Of a DNA stretch of 64,000 nucleotides, positions 1 to 10,444 are shown piece by piece. The stretch is from Candidatus Omnitrophota bacterium (lineage in GTDB: Bacteria; Omnitrophota; Gorgyraeia; JABMRG01), in the NCBI GenBank assembly GCA_028716165.1, contig JAQUQI010000001.1:191832-255831 (forward strand), in the 5' to 3' direction. The notes under the pieces were generated by a model, which saw nothing but the letters and a program-made list of their open reading frames with translations, made no database searches and was not told the origin of the DNA. The position numbers and the translations under genes are program-made. How positions within the stretch are numbered: the first letter of the stretch is position 1; each line of letters begins with the position of its first letter.

Positions 1-3000
1 TTTTTACAAATTCTTCTTTCGTTTTGTAGAAAACATGGTATCCATGGTTATGAATGTCTATATGAGCATTTAATATAATTTTAGGCAAATGTTCGTATTT
101 TTGTTCGGTTGCGGGAATTTTAATTATGATATTAGTATGGCCTGGCCTAGATTTGATAGGGACAGATTCTATGTCTATTCCTTTAATACTTGTTTTTTTA
201 ATTTGTTGGATTAGAGCATCGTGTATTTGTTCATCTCCGAGAGAAGCAACTTCATCTAATAAAATATGGGCCTTTTCGTATAGTTCTTCTAGTTTTTCTG
301 CTTCTGGTTTTACTTCTTCTTCAATTCTTATTTCCTCAGGCTTTTTTTTCAACCGCTTTTTTTCTTCCCTCAAAGAAAGCAGGTCAGTTTCCAACCTTTC
401 TTTTTCTTGCCTAAGCAAAGCAAGATCTTTCGTTAAAAACTCCTTTTGGCTTGTTAATTTTTCAACCTCTAAAAGAAGGTCTTGTTTTTGAAGCTGAAAC
501 CGAGCTATTTCAGCTGTTAATATTCTGTGTGCTTCTGCTGCTTGGGCTATTTCGTGTTTACTGTTACTTAAACTTACACGTAAAGCTTCCTGTGCTCGAG
601 ATAGCTCCGCGAAATTTGCTTGCTTTTGCTGGCCTTCTGACTTTAATGTCTGCAGATGATCTGTTAAATTTTGAAAATTCTTTTCAAGCTGGGTTATTTT
701 TTGCAAAAGATAATCTTTTTGCTCAGCAAGACTTTTTATTTCTTCCCCAAGCATACTTTTCTGCTCCTGCGCTAATAAGATTTCTTGCCTTTTCTGAGTT
801 ATTTGATTAAGCAGATCTTGCATTCTGGAATTTAATTTGTCCACCAATGATACTTTAGCGTTTATCTTAGTTTCTTCGTCAGCTTCCTGCTTATCTTTTT
901 CATCAGTAATTTTGGTTATTTGCGCACGAAGCGTATGTAACGCCGCCGTCAGTTTTGCCAACTCTGCTTGGTCTGACCGCAATTTATTTTCAAAAGAATC
1001 TTTACGCTTAGCAAGATCTGAAATATCCGCTTTATATCTGGCCTTTTCGTTTTTTAATTGGCTTAATTCTAAGTTAATATTATCCAGTGCCATTTTAACC
1101 CGATTAAAAACTTTTTCGGCCTCTAATCTCTGGTCTTCAATCTGTGCCAAATGAGCTTCAAGAGCCTTCTTATCTGTTTTTAGTTTTTCTATTTCAGATG
1201 ATAGGCCGGCTAAGGTGATATTTACTTGGGTAATTTGCTGATGAGTATTGTCTAATTGTTCTTCGGAAGAAGTTTTCTTGCTTGATAGTTCAGAGATCCC
1301 TGTTTCAATATCCTCTTTGGCTTTATTACGGGCTTGTATTTCAGCTTCAAGAGCAGATTTTGTTTTTTCTAAGGCTTGTATTTGCCGGCGCAGGTTTTCA
1401 GCATCTGAAGATATTACATCTTGCGTTGCTTTCTCTTTCTTGTCTATTTCTGCTTGTATATTTGCAAGGCGTTGCTCAAAAACAGTTATTTCTTGGACAA
1501 TATTATTTTTATCCTGCCTAAGCCGGGCTATATCAGCAGATAAAGCACTGTTATCAGCCTCAAGCTGATCCTTGCGAGCTTTAAGAGCCTCTATTTCACT
1601 TACAAGAGTGTTTCTTTCAGATTCCAAAGATCTTGTCTGCTCTTCAAGGGCTTTGGCCTGTTCTTGTGTAACTTGCGCAGATACGTCATCTTCAGAGGGC
1701 TCAACAAGTAAAACAGGCGGGACTTGAACTGGCAAAGGCCTTTCTTTTCTTTTTAAGGCCTTTTCCCTTAAGCGGCCCTCCCCCATTTTAAAAAGATAAG
1801 GCTTTAAAGGCAGGCTTAATTCTTCTAAAAGTTCTTTCTTCCTTTTTAATGTAGACTCACTTACTGTAAGAAGGCCTATATATTTACCCTCACCTATGTC
1901 TATACCAATTTCATCTTTTATAAAATTAGCTCTTTTTTCCAAATCTATCTTTTCCGACCGTGCAAGCCGCTGTATGTACTTTGCTTGCATATTAGCGCCA
2001 AGGGATTTGAGAAAGCCTTCCTGTGTGCACTGAGTTGATTCTTTTTGTTCTGGAGGAGCCCGTAGCGCAGGCTTTTCTGAAGCAGCCGGTATTTCGTCCT
2101 GTTGCTTGCTTATATCCCCTTTTAAACCTTCTACTTGCTTATATAAAGCATCTACTGCCTTACCCATTTGGGCAAGGGCATCTCTTGCTGCTTCAAGCTC
2201 TTTTAATTGTTCTAGTGCGGATTTCAGCCATTCGTTTGAATCTTCATTTTCAGCAGGCGGTGCTGTAATCTTACGATGTTTTGTCATACCAGCCAGAAAT
2301 ACACCTAGCTGCTTTTCAACATCATCGGTTTTCTTCTCAAGATCTGTAATTCTTCTTGCATTATGTTCGAGGTCATCGGCAATTCCTGCATCTGTTTTTT
2401 TAACTTCTGTAACAGGTGGTATTACAGCTGCGGCCACTGGCTTTTTTGTTGGTTCTGCGAGTTTTGCAGGTTCTGCTTGCGCTACTGGTACTACAGGTGC
2501 TAATGGTTTTGCAACCGCAGGAGCCTCTTGAGGTTGTTGATGTGCTTCAGTATCCGGTTTCTGTTGCTCTCTAAGAAGCCTTTCAAGTTCTACGGCTTTA
2601 TCTTTATTTTCTGCGGCACTTCTTTTGACGGCTTCTTCATCCTGTTTTGCTTGAACTAAGAGCCTTTTTGCCTCTTTAAGCTCATCGTCTTTCTGCTTTA
2701 AAGACGCCTCAAGTGCGTTTGACTCTGTTATTTTCGATTTAAGGGCTTTATTTCGTACTAATAAAGATAGAATTGAAACTACAGAAATACCTATAAGCAA
2801 TAAGAGTGATAAAATGGCTAGTGTTTTTTGAAGGGCAGAGCTGTCTTGCCAGAATCTGCTTAATGTGTGGGGGGCTTCTGTCTCTTGTTTAAGTTTTTGT
2901 TCATATACTTTTTGCTGAGCAGAGAGCTCTTTTTCAAGGCTGGCTACCTTTTCTTCCTGCTCTGTTATTTTATCCTGCTGTTGGCTGATTCTATCTTCAT

Positions 3001-6000
3001 AGGCCTTTGCTTGCCTCTGAGAATCTTCCAGGCTTTGGGCAAGGGTTTCTGCCTTTTGTCTTTGCTCACCAAGCTTATCTTTTAAATCCCGGGCCATTAC
3101 TTCTGCCTGATCTGCCTGACTTTGGAGTAAATCCTTAATTTCTGCTATCTTTTCTACAAATTCGTCCTGAGCGCCTGTAACCTTATCATGCAATTCAGAA
3201 AATCTTTCTAAAATCTCTGCTTTTTCTTCCTGTAAGGACTCTACATCACTTTCTAAAGCCTGAGCTCTGTCTTGAAGCTCAGCAATCCTTTGTCTATCCT
3301 GTAATCTTTCGCGGGCTTCTCTTAATTGCCCTAATGGTTGGCGCCTTAAGCCCTGTTCCTCTAAAGCCTGGGCCAAGCGCCCCATATCAGGCAACCAATA
3401 CAAGTAATTACTTACCTGCTCAAGGCTGCCTTTACCTTTTCTTAAGGAATTTAAAGCCATTCTCAGCCGTGATAGATCAGCACGAGAAAGTGAGTAGTCT
3501 TTTTCAGCGCCACGTAAGGCCTCTACTGTCTGGCGGCCAATTCTTACGCCCTCCCACCAGAAGGTACGGCTGTCCCTGTCCGCAAGCTGGCATATCAGTG
3601 AGGCTATTTCAGAATACCTTACTGCTTCAATTCTTTGTATATCAACCTGCTCTTGTTGCGTTAATGGTATTATAACTTCCGCGAGTTGAGTTTGCGCATT
3701 AGACATGCTGGCCAGGCCCATTGTAAAAATGAATGCTGAGATAAGCAGTATGTTTCGAAGTATTTTAGTGGGGTTGAAATTTTTAAAGAATGTGGGTTTT
3801 GCAGATGAGATACCTGATGAAGATGATTTGATATTGTCTTGGGTGCCAAATACCTCCTTAGAAGCAGGCGACGGTAAATCTATTTCTGGGAGATCTTTTT
3901 TAATTGTTTCGGTAGGCACAGGCTGCGACAAGTCTATTGGGGGCCCTCTCCTTTGCCATATTCTTCTTAAAAGTAATGTTTGCCAGGAGATATTGGGATC
4001 GACTCTTTTTTTCCAAAAATAATTCCATTGCGGACTGAAAGTTTCTATATACTCATTTCGTTCTGATTTATCATTCCAAAGTCCTAAATTCTTTAAATGG
4101 TCAAATCCTCCTATTTTTCTAATCGTCGTTGGTGCTGTAGGATGTTTTGTGTCGAAATAACGTTGAAGTATAGAAAAATTAGAAACAAAACTACTCATTA
4201 ATACTTCCTGAAAACCAACATAATCTGCATAGCGTGCTATTTCTTCAATAACCCTGTCTGCAATTTTTTCCACAGAAATGGGCCAAGATCTATCAGATGC
4301 AGGAAGCTGCATCGCATCAATTATCAATACGGGAATTCCTTCTCTTTCAGCTACTATTGTATATACATTTCCTACCCAAACTCCTTCTTGAAAAATCTTA
4401 AATACCAAAAATCCAGGGTCAAATAAAAACTGGGGAATGGTATTATAGAAAAAGGCTCCCGTCCTGCCTGAGATTGCTGTACAATCACCGCTTGCTTCAC
4501 CTATAGCTATATCATCGGGCGTCCTGCCAAATAAAACCATCTCAAATCTAATGTCTTGCGCGTCTTCCAAATCAAGGTCTCTTGCCTCATGCAAAATAAT
4601 AAGCTGATCTAGATAATCATTTACTTCGGCCAATTCTCTTTGCAAAAGCTTATTTAAATCAGCGCTTAATTCGTGAGTTTTCTCAAGTGAAATAATTTCT
4701 GAGCCTAGTCCCACACGTAAACATTCTTCTATTAAACCAAGGGCTTCTAAATAAGTGTTTTCATTAAGTGATGTTCGCAGATTAACTAAGCGTGCTTTAA
4801 AACGCATAAATGCCAAGCTTTTAAGCAATAAAAAATAATTTTGTACTGCTGTCCGCTGATTAACTCGTTCCCAAAAAGTTGGTTTATTTAAATGGTCTCT
4901 TTCTTTTTTTATTTTATATAAAATTTCTCTTTCTGTCTCATATCTATGCAAAATAGGTTCACATTCCTCAATCAAAGAATTTAGGAATTTTTCAATAAAT
5001 TTCTCTATCTGTTCATTTCTATCACGTTTAATATCATTTTCTTTTATTATGAACGAAAATACGTGCCTTGGCTGGTCAAAATCATTGCTTAAACCTAAAT
5101 GATTTGTGTCTATTTTAAATTGCCTATAAAAATCTTGGCCAACAAAAAATTCATGAATGGATTTATAATCTGAAAGTACAGTAAACAATAACTTCATTAC
5201 TTTAAGCGATTGGTTGCGAGAGATGCCCACATCCCAGGGTAGTTTTATATCAATATGTGACGGCAATCTTTGCCTTAACGTAGGATTAATTTTTAGTAAC
5301 ACCTGCCCTAATAAATCCTGTATTTCAAATGGAAGATGATATTCTTCGTATAAAGGCCTGAGTAGCCGAGGTGAAGGTGCCGTATTGTTAAAATAGTCGG
5401 AACGAATATAATCTGTCTTGTCCTTTTTCTCATAAGGATATGAATATGCGTCTTCTTTAAGCAATTTATACAAAAAGCAAAAGATCTTATACAGTAGAAA
5501 TATCCCTGTAGCTATGCCTACTAATAAAAGCATAGATTCAGCAAAAGTGGTAACAGAACTTTTAACAATAGTAGCTGCACGAGCCATATTAGTAAAAGAT
5601 AATAAGAAAAAACCTGTAAAAATAAGTTTTAAAGGCACGGATCTGCTAATAGAGGGGCTGGCAAATTGCAAGCTAGGCATTTCCCTTTCTTTTGGTAGAA
5701 TTGTACCTAATTCTTTTTCCAGCTGTTCGATGAATGCTATGCGCGACTTCATTTTTACTTCTATTTCATGTATTTCTTGAATCATCTTATCTAATTCAGT
5801 TTTCTTCTTATCTATTGCCGGTTTTAAAGCGCCTATTACTGCAGTTCTTTTAAAATTAACTGCCTTATTGTAACTTTGCTGTAATTGACGAAGTTCTGTT
5901 GATATATCCTCAACAAGTGCTTGTAACCGAATAGTTTCAGCTTGAAATCCGGCAAACAGTCGCTGCGATTCTGCAATTTCCTTTTGGTATCTTAAGCTCT

Positions 6001-9000
6001 CTTTTGTTATATGTCTAATTTTTTTTGTTTTCGGCTCAATTTCAAATTTATACCCATTAACAGGTCTGAAATCACCTGTCGCTTCACTGCTAAAAAACTG
6101 AACATATTCTTTACTAAAACCAAATTCCTGTGCATATTCTGACGAGCCAGCTTTTTTTAAATTTAAGCTTTCTTGGATTATTCCATCATCTTTAATTGCC
6201 TGAAAAATTGCAGTTTTAATGCTTTCCGATCTTGTAGATGGGGTTGAACTTATTACAAGAAAGTCAAACCCTTCGTAAGCCAACCAATTTTTTAACTGTT
6301 GAATTAAATTCTTTGCAAGGTTCCTCCTGCGGGCATTCCATTCATCACCATTATTATCAGAAAGGGGGTGATGAGACATTTGAAGAACATCCAAAAATAA
6401 TCCTGTCCTATTTTCATTATCTTTGACTACTAACGAATATATATTGCCTATCCATTTGCCATTTTCAACTACTTTAAACAAAAAAAACGCCGGATCAACA
6501 ACTGTGTTAAATGAGTCAGAAAAATGCATATTCGCATGAGAAATACCGCTTTGAGGACTTGCCGAGCAATCTCCACTAACATTACCTTTCAAGAAATCAC
6601 TTATAGTTTTTCCTGATAAGAAAAACTGCAATATTCCTTCGCCTCCTACTCCAATGGCATTATTTGTATCAATAATTTTCCTTTTTAAGAAAGGAATTAC
6701 TTGCTGTTTAATGCGGGGGTTGGAAGTAAGCCTGCTCATTTTTTGAGATAACTCAAAAAGTTCCTGCCAGTACATAGAAATAAGTTCTAATCTTTGGAAT
6801 TCATCGTTTATAGTAAATATCTCATTTCTGCTTTCCTTTATTTCATCGGAAGAACTAAAAGCAAGTATTTCAATAAGTTGTAGAATACATGGCAACCTGT
6901 CTTGAGAAGGTATATCTTCCCAGCCTAACATCATCTTCAACAATCTTGAGGCCACGCCAGCAACATTTTCTTTAGTAATGAATTCTTCTACCTCTTGCTT
7001 GCCCAGAAGATCCTTTTTAGCTTTTGCGAAATTTCTATATAAATTTGGCCATTTGTTACGTAAATTTATAATAATATCTTGAACTGCTCTTACTTCATCA
7101 GACATAGGCATAATATTAGAGAAGTCTCTTTCATGTTTTTCAGTAATAGCTACGTCATATAATATTCTAAATTTCTCACCTGGCTTGTTAAATTCGGAGT
7201 TCAAAGCTTGGGTTCCTTGGCGAAAAGTTCTATAAAATATGGGGTTTTCAGTTTCAAAATAAGAATAAAGACCATCGCGACCCATCTTAGACATTGCTTT
7301 TTGAATTCCAGTATGAGTTAAATCTGAACTTATAGTGTTTTCTTTAACTGCACTAATCCATTCTTCTGCACTAACCGCGTCTCTTATATCCGCAAGATGA
7401 GAAGGCACACCTAATTTGACCAATTTCTGCTCTACAATATATTTCCTTGCTTTTTCTACTCTCTCTTCCACGCTTCTTGTAGGATACGTTAACTCAACTA
7501 AGAGATTATAACTGACGGCAAGAACTTCACCAAATTTAGCTCTATATTGGTTCAAAGCTGTGGCTAAATTGCGCCTATCTTTCCTTTTTCCTTCTTCAGA
7601 CAAACAAAATTCCAAAATTAATTTCATACCCCTGGCAAACGGCTCAATAATTTCTTTATCAAGACGTGATATAATTTCCATCCAGAATAAGAATTCTTTT
7701 TTATCTGGAACAACATGCACGAGTTCTGATATCGCAGTCCTTAAAAGATTGACAGATTCTATCTTTTGCCAAGATATTTTTGATTCAACATTATCGATAG
7801 CGGCGATTATTTCCCAAGAGTCTTTTTGATTGGCCGTATATTTGCGTGCTGCTTCTTCTTTGGCCTGGGCATAAGCCTTAAGGTCTGAATATGCAGCTAG
7901 TACTCTTTGGCTTCCAGACTTCCAGATGGTATCCTCTAATTCGGTTAATTTATTAAGCCAAAAAACAAAAGTGTTTTTATCTGTCGAATCTTGCGTAATC
8001 GCGATGATAATATCTTTAAAAGCAACTATTGCATCTGTATTTTTTCTTGTTACCTTATTTTTAAAATCATCAATTAATCCCAAAAAGCTTACTTTCTCTT
8101 GGGCAGTTCTACTAATTTTATTTGCTGCCGCTTTAACTGCCTGTTTATAATCTCTCAAATTCATATAAACTAATAAAATTTTTTGTTTGCCAGACTGCCA
8201 TACAGCCTTATCAAAGTTGTCCAGCGTTTGTATCCAATATAAATAATCTTCTAACCCGTCAGCATTTCTAGTTAGTTCGGGGATAATATCTTTAAGCAGA
8301 TCTGCTGAATTTAAGCCATAACTAGCTATTTTATCTTTTAAATTATTAGTAGCATTGACAAGTTGGGTTTTTTGCTGGTTATTATGCGTAAATTTTCTGA
8401 CAGCTTCCTCTTTGGCCCGCTCAAATTCCAAAAGATCACTGTAAACCTTAATTACAGATTGAATTCCTGATTTCCAGATCTTAATATCAATACTAGCCAA
8501 TACACCAATCCAATAAACAAATTCATTTAGATTTCTTGCATTTTCGATAAGTTGAGGCAATGCAATTTTTAAAAGACCAGCGGCATTTAACCCGTGGGCA
8601 TCTAAAACAGTTTTCAGATTATCAATAACTACAGATACCTGTCGCTGGTCATCGGACGAATGAGCAAATTTACCTAAAGCTGCCTTATGTGCTTCTTTAA
8701 ATTCTTTTAAGTCTGCGTAAATACTTAGGATACACTGAGAAGACTGCCATAAATCTTTATGAAGTTCTATTAATAAATTCATCCACGAAACAAATTCTTC
8801 TAAGCTTTGAGAATCTTGAGTTACTTTAAGTATTACATCCTTAAGCAGGCTGACACCACTTATCTGGTTTTGTTCTAATTTTATTTTTAAATCATTTATT
8901 ATGTTTAAAAGGCGCTGTTTGTCACCACTATTTTTAGTAAATTTATGTACAGTTGCTTCTTTTGTCTGAACATAGGAAACTAAATCAGAATAAATTTGTA

Positions 9001-10444
9001 ATACACGCTCTTTCTTTTTCCAATTGCCACTTGCACATAACCGAGTAATTTTGGACTCATGCCTTACATCCATCCAATTTTTTAATAAATTTTCCAGCGT
9101 CTCAGTGTGCATTCTTGAAAATGTACCTGCAGTATCATTTATTAAATCATCAGAAATGTCTTCAGGAAAATTGGTATTCACCGTTGAGAGCCGTATAAAG
9201 GTAAAGGGGTAACAAAACAAGCGCCATAGCATTCTTGATAGATCTATACCTCTCCCAATCAAAAACGGCAATCCTATGGCTATAAGTGGCATAGCAATTA
9301 TTTCTGTTAACCAAGCTACCCACTTAACAGCAGGCGTAGCATTATCAGTTCCTAACTGCCACCAATTAAAGCTATAGGCAGCCCATAATAACAGGCCTCC
9401 AATAAACCATCCCGCACCAGCTAGACCACCACTAAAATCATCAACGTCACGGTAAAAATCACCTACCCACTCACTTTTTACAGGTATAATTTCTTTAAGG
9501 GTTTTCCAGTATGACAAGGAAGGAATACGAGAATCTCTTTTGTTAATTGATAGGTAATTGCCGAGTAAAACGCCGGAAGCGCTTCCTATAATTGGAAAAC
9601 TTAAAGACGCAATACGCAGCGAAATTACACCTACTGGACTAATGAGAATTGCGGAGCAAACAATAGCACCTATAAGTAGACTGATAACACCTACGACTTT
9701 TCCTTCTTTTGCAATTGAAAGGCCTCCAACAATCATGCCTCCAAATATTCCCAAAAAACCTGCTACAAAAGAATAGGGATTACGTAAGATTTGCAATATT
9801 GAAACCGTTCCACTACTTATAATACCGAAAGGTATAAGTGAAATAGCATAACTAGCCACAACCCCAAAAATAGCCCACATAAAAACATCCTTGGCTATTG
9901 CACCGTGCCTATTACCAAACAAACGCATAGTATGCTTGGGGCTAGAAAAGAAAAAGCTATAAGGCAACGGTGCTCTTTTTGTATGTATTGGTTTAAATTT
10001 CTTAACGGGCTTTGCAGTGATTAAGTTTTCTGGGTGGCTTTCTTTCTGGACTAGTAAATGTTGCTGCTCCGGGGAAGCGCCTGATGAAGATGATCTGATA
10101 TTGTCTTGTTTGTCTGGAAAAATAGGTGAGCCATCTTTAAGGCGTTCTGTGGTATCAGCTGTATTTAGTTTATTATGAAGATAATCAACATCTAAAGATT
10201 TAATGAGCGCAATTGTTTCAGGGTCTATACTACCTAAATCAACGCCCTTATATCCTAATGCCCCCTCTATTTCTAGGCTAATAGGATTTGACTTTACAGA
10301 TTGTGCTCTTAAAGCAGAGTCATTATTGAATGAAAAGTCCCAATTACATGCCCACGAGATATCGTGGAGTAAAAAGGCAAGGATTATAACTATAGAAATG
10401 ATTTTAAAGATAAAACGGCTGGTCTTATTACGCTGCCACACCAT
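1..10444 (-). CDS. Giant hypothetical protein, at least 3,481 aa. It starts at ATG 10444 with an N-terminal signal anchor (MVWQRNKTSRFIFKIISIVIILAFLLHDISWA) and continues past the window start, so it is 3'-truncated here. It is membrane-anchored, with ~92-aa tandem repeats, a duplicated SGDC[ST]A-motif domain and a long C-terminal coiled coil.
   Basis: There are no long plus-strand ORFs across 10.4 kb. I translated the minus strand manually, and the frame agrees at the start codon (10444), at ~8000, at ~5500, at 3780-4080 and at the window edge (pos 1-61 read ...HIDIHNHGYHVFYKTKEEFVK). The translation is protein-like throughout: heptad-like E/K/Q/L-rich text at 130-3400, and hydrophobic helices at ~9200-10000, ~3720-3790 and ~2770-2840. 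The ORF tool probably skipped it because no stop codon lies in the window. Confidence 0.7.
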   Translation of the reverse strand, partial: MVWQRNKTSRFIFKIISIVIILAFLLHDISWACNWDFSFNNDSALRAQSVKSNPISLEIEGALGYKGVDLGSIDPETIALIKSLDVDYLHNKLNTADTTERLKDGSPIFPDKQDNIRSSSSGASPEQQHLLVQKESHPENLITAKPVKKFKPIHTKRAPLPYSFFFSSPKHTMRLFGNRHGAIAKDVFMWAIFGVVASYAISLIPFGIISSGTVSILQILRNPYSFVAGFLGIFGGMIVGGLSIAKEGKVVGVISLLIGAIVCSAILISPVGVISLRIASLSFPIIGSASGVLLGNYLSINKRDSRIPSLSYWKTLKEIIPVKSEWVGDFYRDVDDFSGGLAGAGWFIGGLLLWAAYSFNWWQLGTDNATPAVKWVAWLTEIIAMPLIAIGLPFLIGRGIDLSRMLWRLFCYPFTFIRLSTVNTNFPEDISDDLINDTAGTFSRMHTETLENLLKNWMDVRHESKITRLCASGNWKKKERVLQIYSDLVSYVQTKEATVHKFTKNSGDKQRLLNIINDLKIKLEQNQISGVSLLKDVILKVTQDSQSLEEFVSWMNLLIELHKDLWQSSQCILSIYADLKEFKEAHKAALGKFAHSSDDQRQVSVVIDNLKTVLDAHGLNAAGLLKIALPQLIENARNLNEFVYWIGVLASIDIKIWKSGIQSVIKVYSDLLEFERAKEEAVRKFTHNNQQKTQLVNATNNLKDKIASYGLNSADLLKDIIPELTRNADGLEDYLYWIQTLDNFDKAVWQSGKQKILLVYMNLRDYKQAVKAAANKISRTAQEKVSFLGLIDDFKNKVTRKNTDAIVAFKDIIIAITQDSTDKNTFVFWLNKLTELEDTIWKSGSQRVLAAYSDLKAYAQAKEEAARKYTANQKDSWEIIAAIDNVESKISWQKIESVNLLRTAISELVHVVPDKKEFLFWMEIISRLDKEIIEPFARGMKLILEFCLSEEGKRKDRRNLATALNQYRAKFGEVLAVSYNLLVELTYPTRSVEERVEKARKYIVEQKLVKLGVPSHLADIRDAVSAEEWISAVKENTISSDLTHTGIQKAMSKMGRDGLYSYFETENPIFYRTFRQGTQALNSEFNKPGEKFRILYDVAITEKHERDFSNIMPMSDEVRAVQDIIINLRNKWPNLYRNFAKAKKDLLGKQEVEEFITKENVAGVASRLLKMMLGWEDIPSQDRLPCILQLIEILAFSSSDEIKESRNEIFTINDEFQRLELISMYWQELFELSQKMSRLTSNPRIKQQVIPFLKRKIIDTNNAIGVGGEGILQFFLSGKTISDFLKGNVSGDCSASPQSGISHANMHFSDSFNTVVDPAFFLFKVVENGKWIGNIYSLVVKDNENRTGLFLDVLQMSHHPLSDNNGDEWNARRRNLAKNLIQQLKNWLAYEGFDFLVISSTPSTRSESIKTAIFQAIKDDGIIQESLNLKKAGSSEYAQEFGFSKEYVQFFSSEATGDFRPVNGYKFEIEPKTKKIRHITKESLRYQKEIAESQRLFAGFQAETIRLQALVEDISTELRQLQQSYNKAVNFKRTAVIGALKPAIDKKKTELDKMIQEIHEIEVKMKSRIAFIEQLEKELGTILPKEREMPSLQFASPSISRSVPLKLIFTGFFLLSFTNMARAATIVKSSVTTFAESMLLLVGIATGIFLLYKIFCFLYKLLKEDAYSYPYEKKDKTDYIRSDYFNNTAPSPRLLRPLYEEYHLPFEIQDLLGQVLLKINPTLRQRLPSHIDIKLPWDVGISRNQSLKVMKLLFTVLSDYKSIHEFFVGQDFYRQFKIDTNHLGLSNDFDQPRHVFSFIIKENDIKRDRNEQIEKFIEKFLNSLIEECEPILHRYETEREILYKIKKERDHLNKPTFWERVNQRTAVQNYFLLLKSLAFMRFKARLVNLRTSLNENTYLEALGLIEECLRVGLGSEIISLEKTHELSADLNKLLQRELAEVNDYLDQLIILHEARDLDLEDAQDIRFEMVLFGRTPDDIAIGEASGDCTAISGRTGAFFYNTIPQFLFDPGFLVFKIFQEGVWVGNVYTIVAEREGIPVLIIDAMQLPASDRSWPISVEKIADRVIEEIARYADYVGFQEVLMSSFVSNFSILQRYFDTKHPTAPTTIRKIGGFDHLKNLGLWNDKSERNEYIETFSPQWNYFWKKRVDPNISWQTLLLRRIWQRRGPPIDLSQPVPTETIKKDLPEIDLPSPASKEVFGTQDNIKSSSSGISSAKPTFFKNFNPTKILRNILLISAFIFTMGLASMSNAQTQLAEVIIPLTQQEQVDIQRIEAVRYSEIASLICQLADRDSRTFWWEGVRIGRQTVEALRGAEKDYSLSRADLSRLRMALNSLRKGKGSLEQVSNYLYWLPDMGRLAQALEEQGLRRQPLGQLREARERLQDRQRIAELQDRAQALESDVESLQEEKAEILERFSELHDKVTGAQDEFVEKIAEIKDLLQSQADQAEVMARDLKDKLGEQRQKAETLAQSLEDSQRQAKAYEDRISQQQDKITEQEEKVASLEKELSAQQKVYEQKLKQETEAPHTLSRFWQDSSALQKTLAILSLLLLIGISVVSILSLLVRNKALKSKITESNALEASLKQKDDELKEAKRLLVQAKQDEEAVKRSAAENKDKAVELERLLREQQKPDTEAHQQPQEAPAVAKPLAPVVPVAQAEPAKLAEPTKKPVAAAVIPPVTEVKKTDAGIADDLEHNARRITDLEKKTDDVEKQLGVFLAGMTKHRKITAPPAENEDSNEWLKSALEQLKELEAARDALAQMGKAVDALYKQVEGLKGDISKQQDEIPAASEKPALRAPPEQKESTQCTQEGFLKSLGANMQAKYIQRLARSEKIDLEKRANFIKDEIGIDIGEGKYIGLLTVSESTLKRKKELLEELSLPLKPYLFKMGEGRLREKALKRKERPLPVQVPPVLLVEPSEDDVSAQVTQEQAKALEEQTRSLESERNTLVSEIEALKARKDQLEADNSALSADIARLRQDKNNIVQEITVFEQRLANIQAEIDKKEKATQDVISSDAENLRRQIQALEKTKSALEAEIQARNKAKEDIETGISELSSKKTSSEEQLDNTHQQITQVNITLAGLSSEIEKLKTDKKALEAHLAQIEDQRLEAEKVFNRVKMALDNINLELSQLKNEKARYKADISDLAKRKDSFENKLRSDQAELAKLTAALHTLRAQITKITDEKDKQEADEETKINAKVSLVDKLNSRMQDLLNQITQKRQEILLAQEQKSMLGEEIKSLAEQKDYLLQKITQLEKNFQNLTDHLQTLKSEGQQKQANFAELSRAQEALRVSLSNSKHEIAQAAEAHRILTAEIARFQLQKQDLLLEVEKLTSQKEFLTKDLALLRQEKERLETDLLSLREEKKRLKKKPEEIRIEEEVKPEAEKLEELYEKAHILLDEVASLGDEQIHDALIQQIKKTSIKGIDIESVPIKSRPGHTNIIIKIPATEQKYEHLPKIILNAHIDIHNHGYHVFYKTKEEFVK

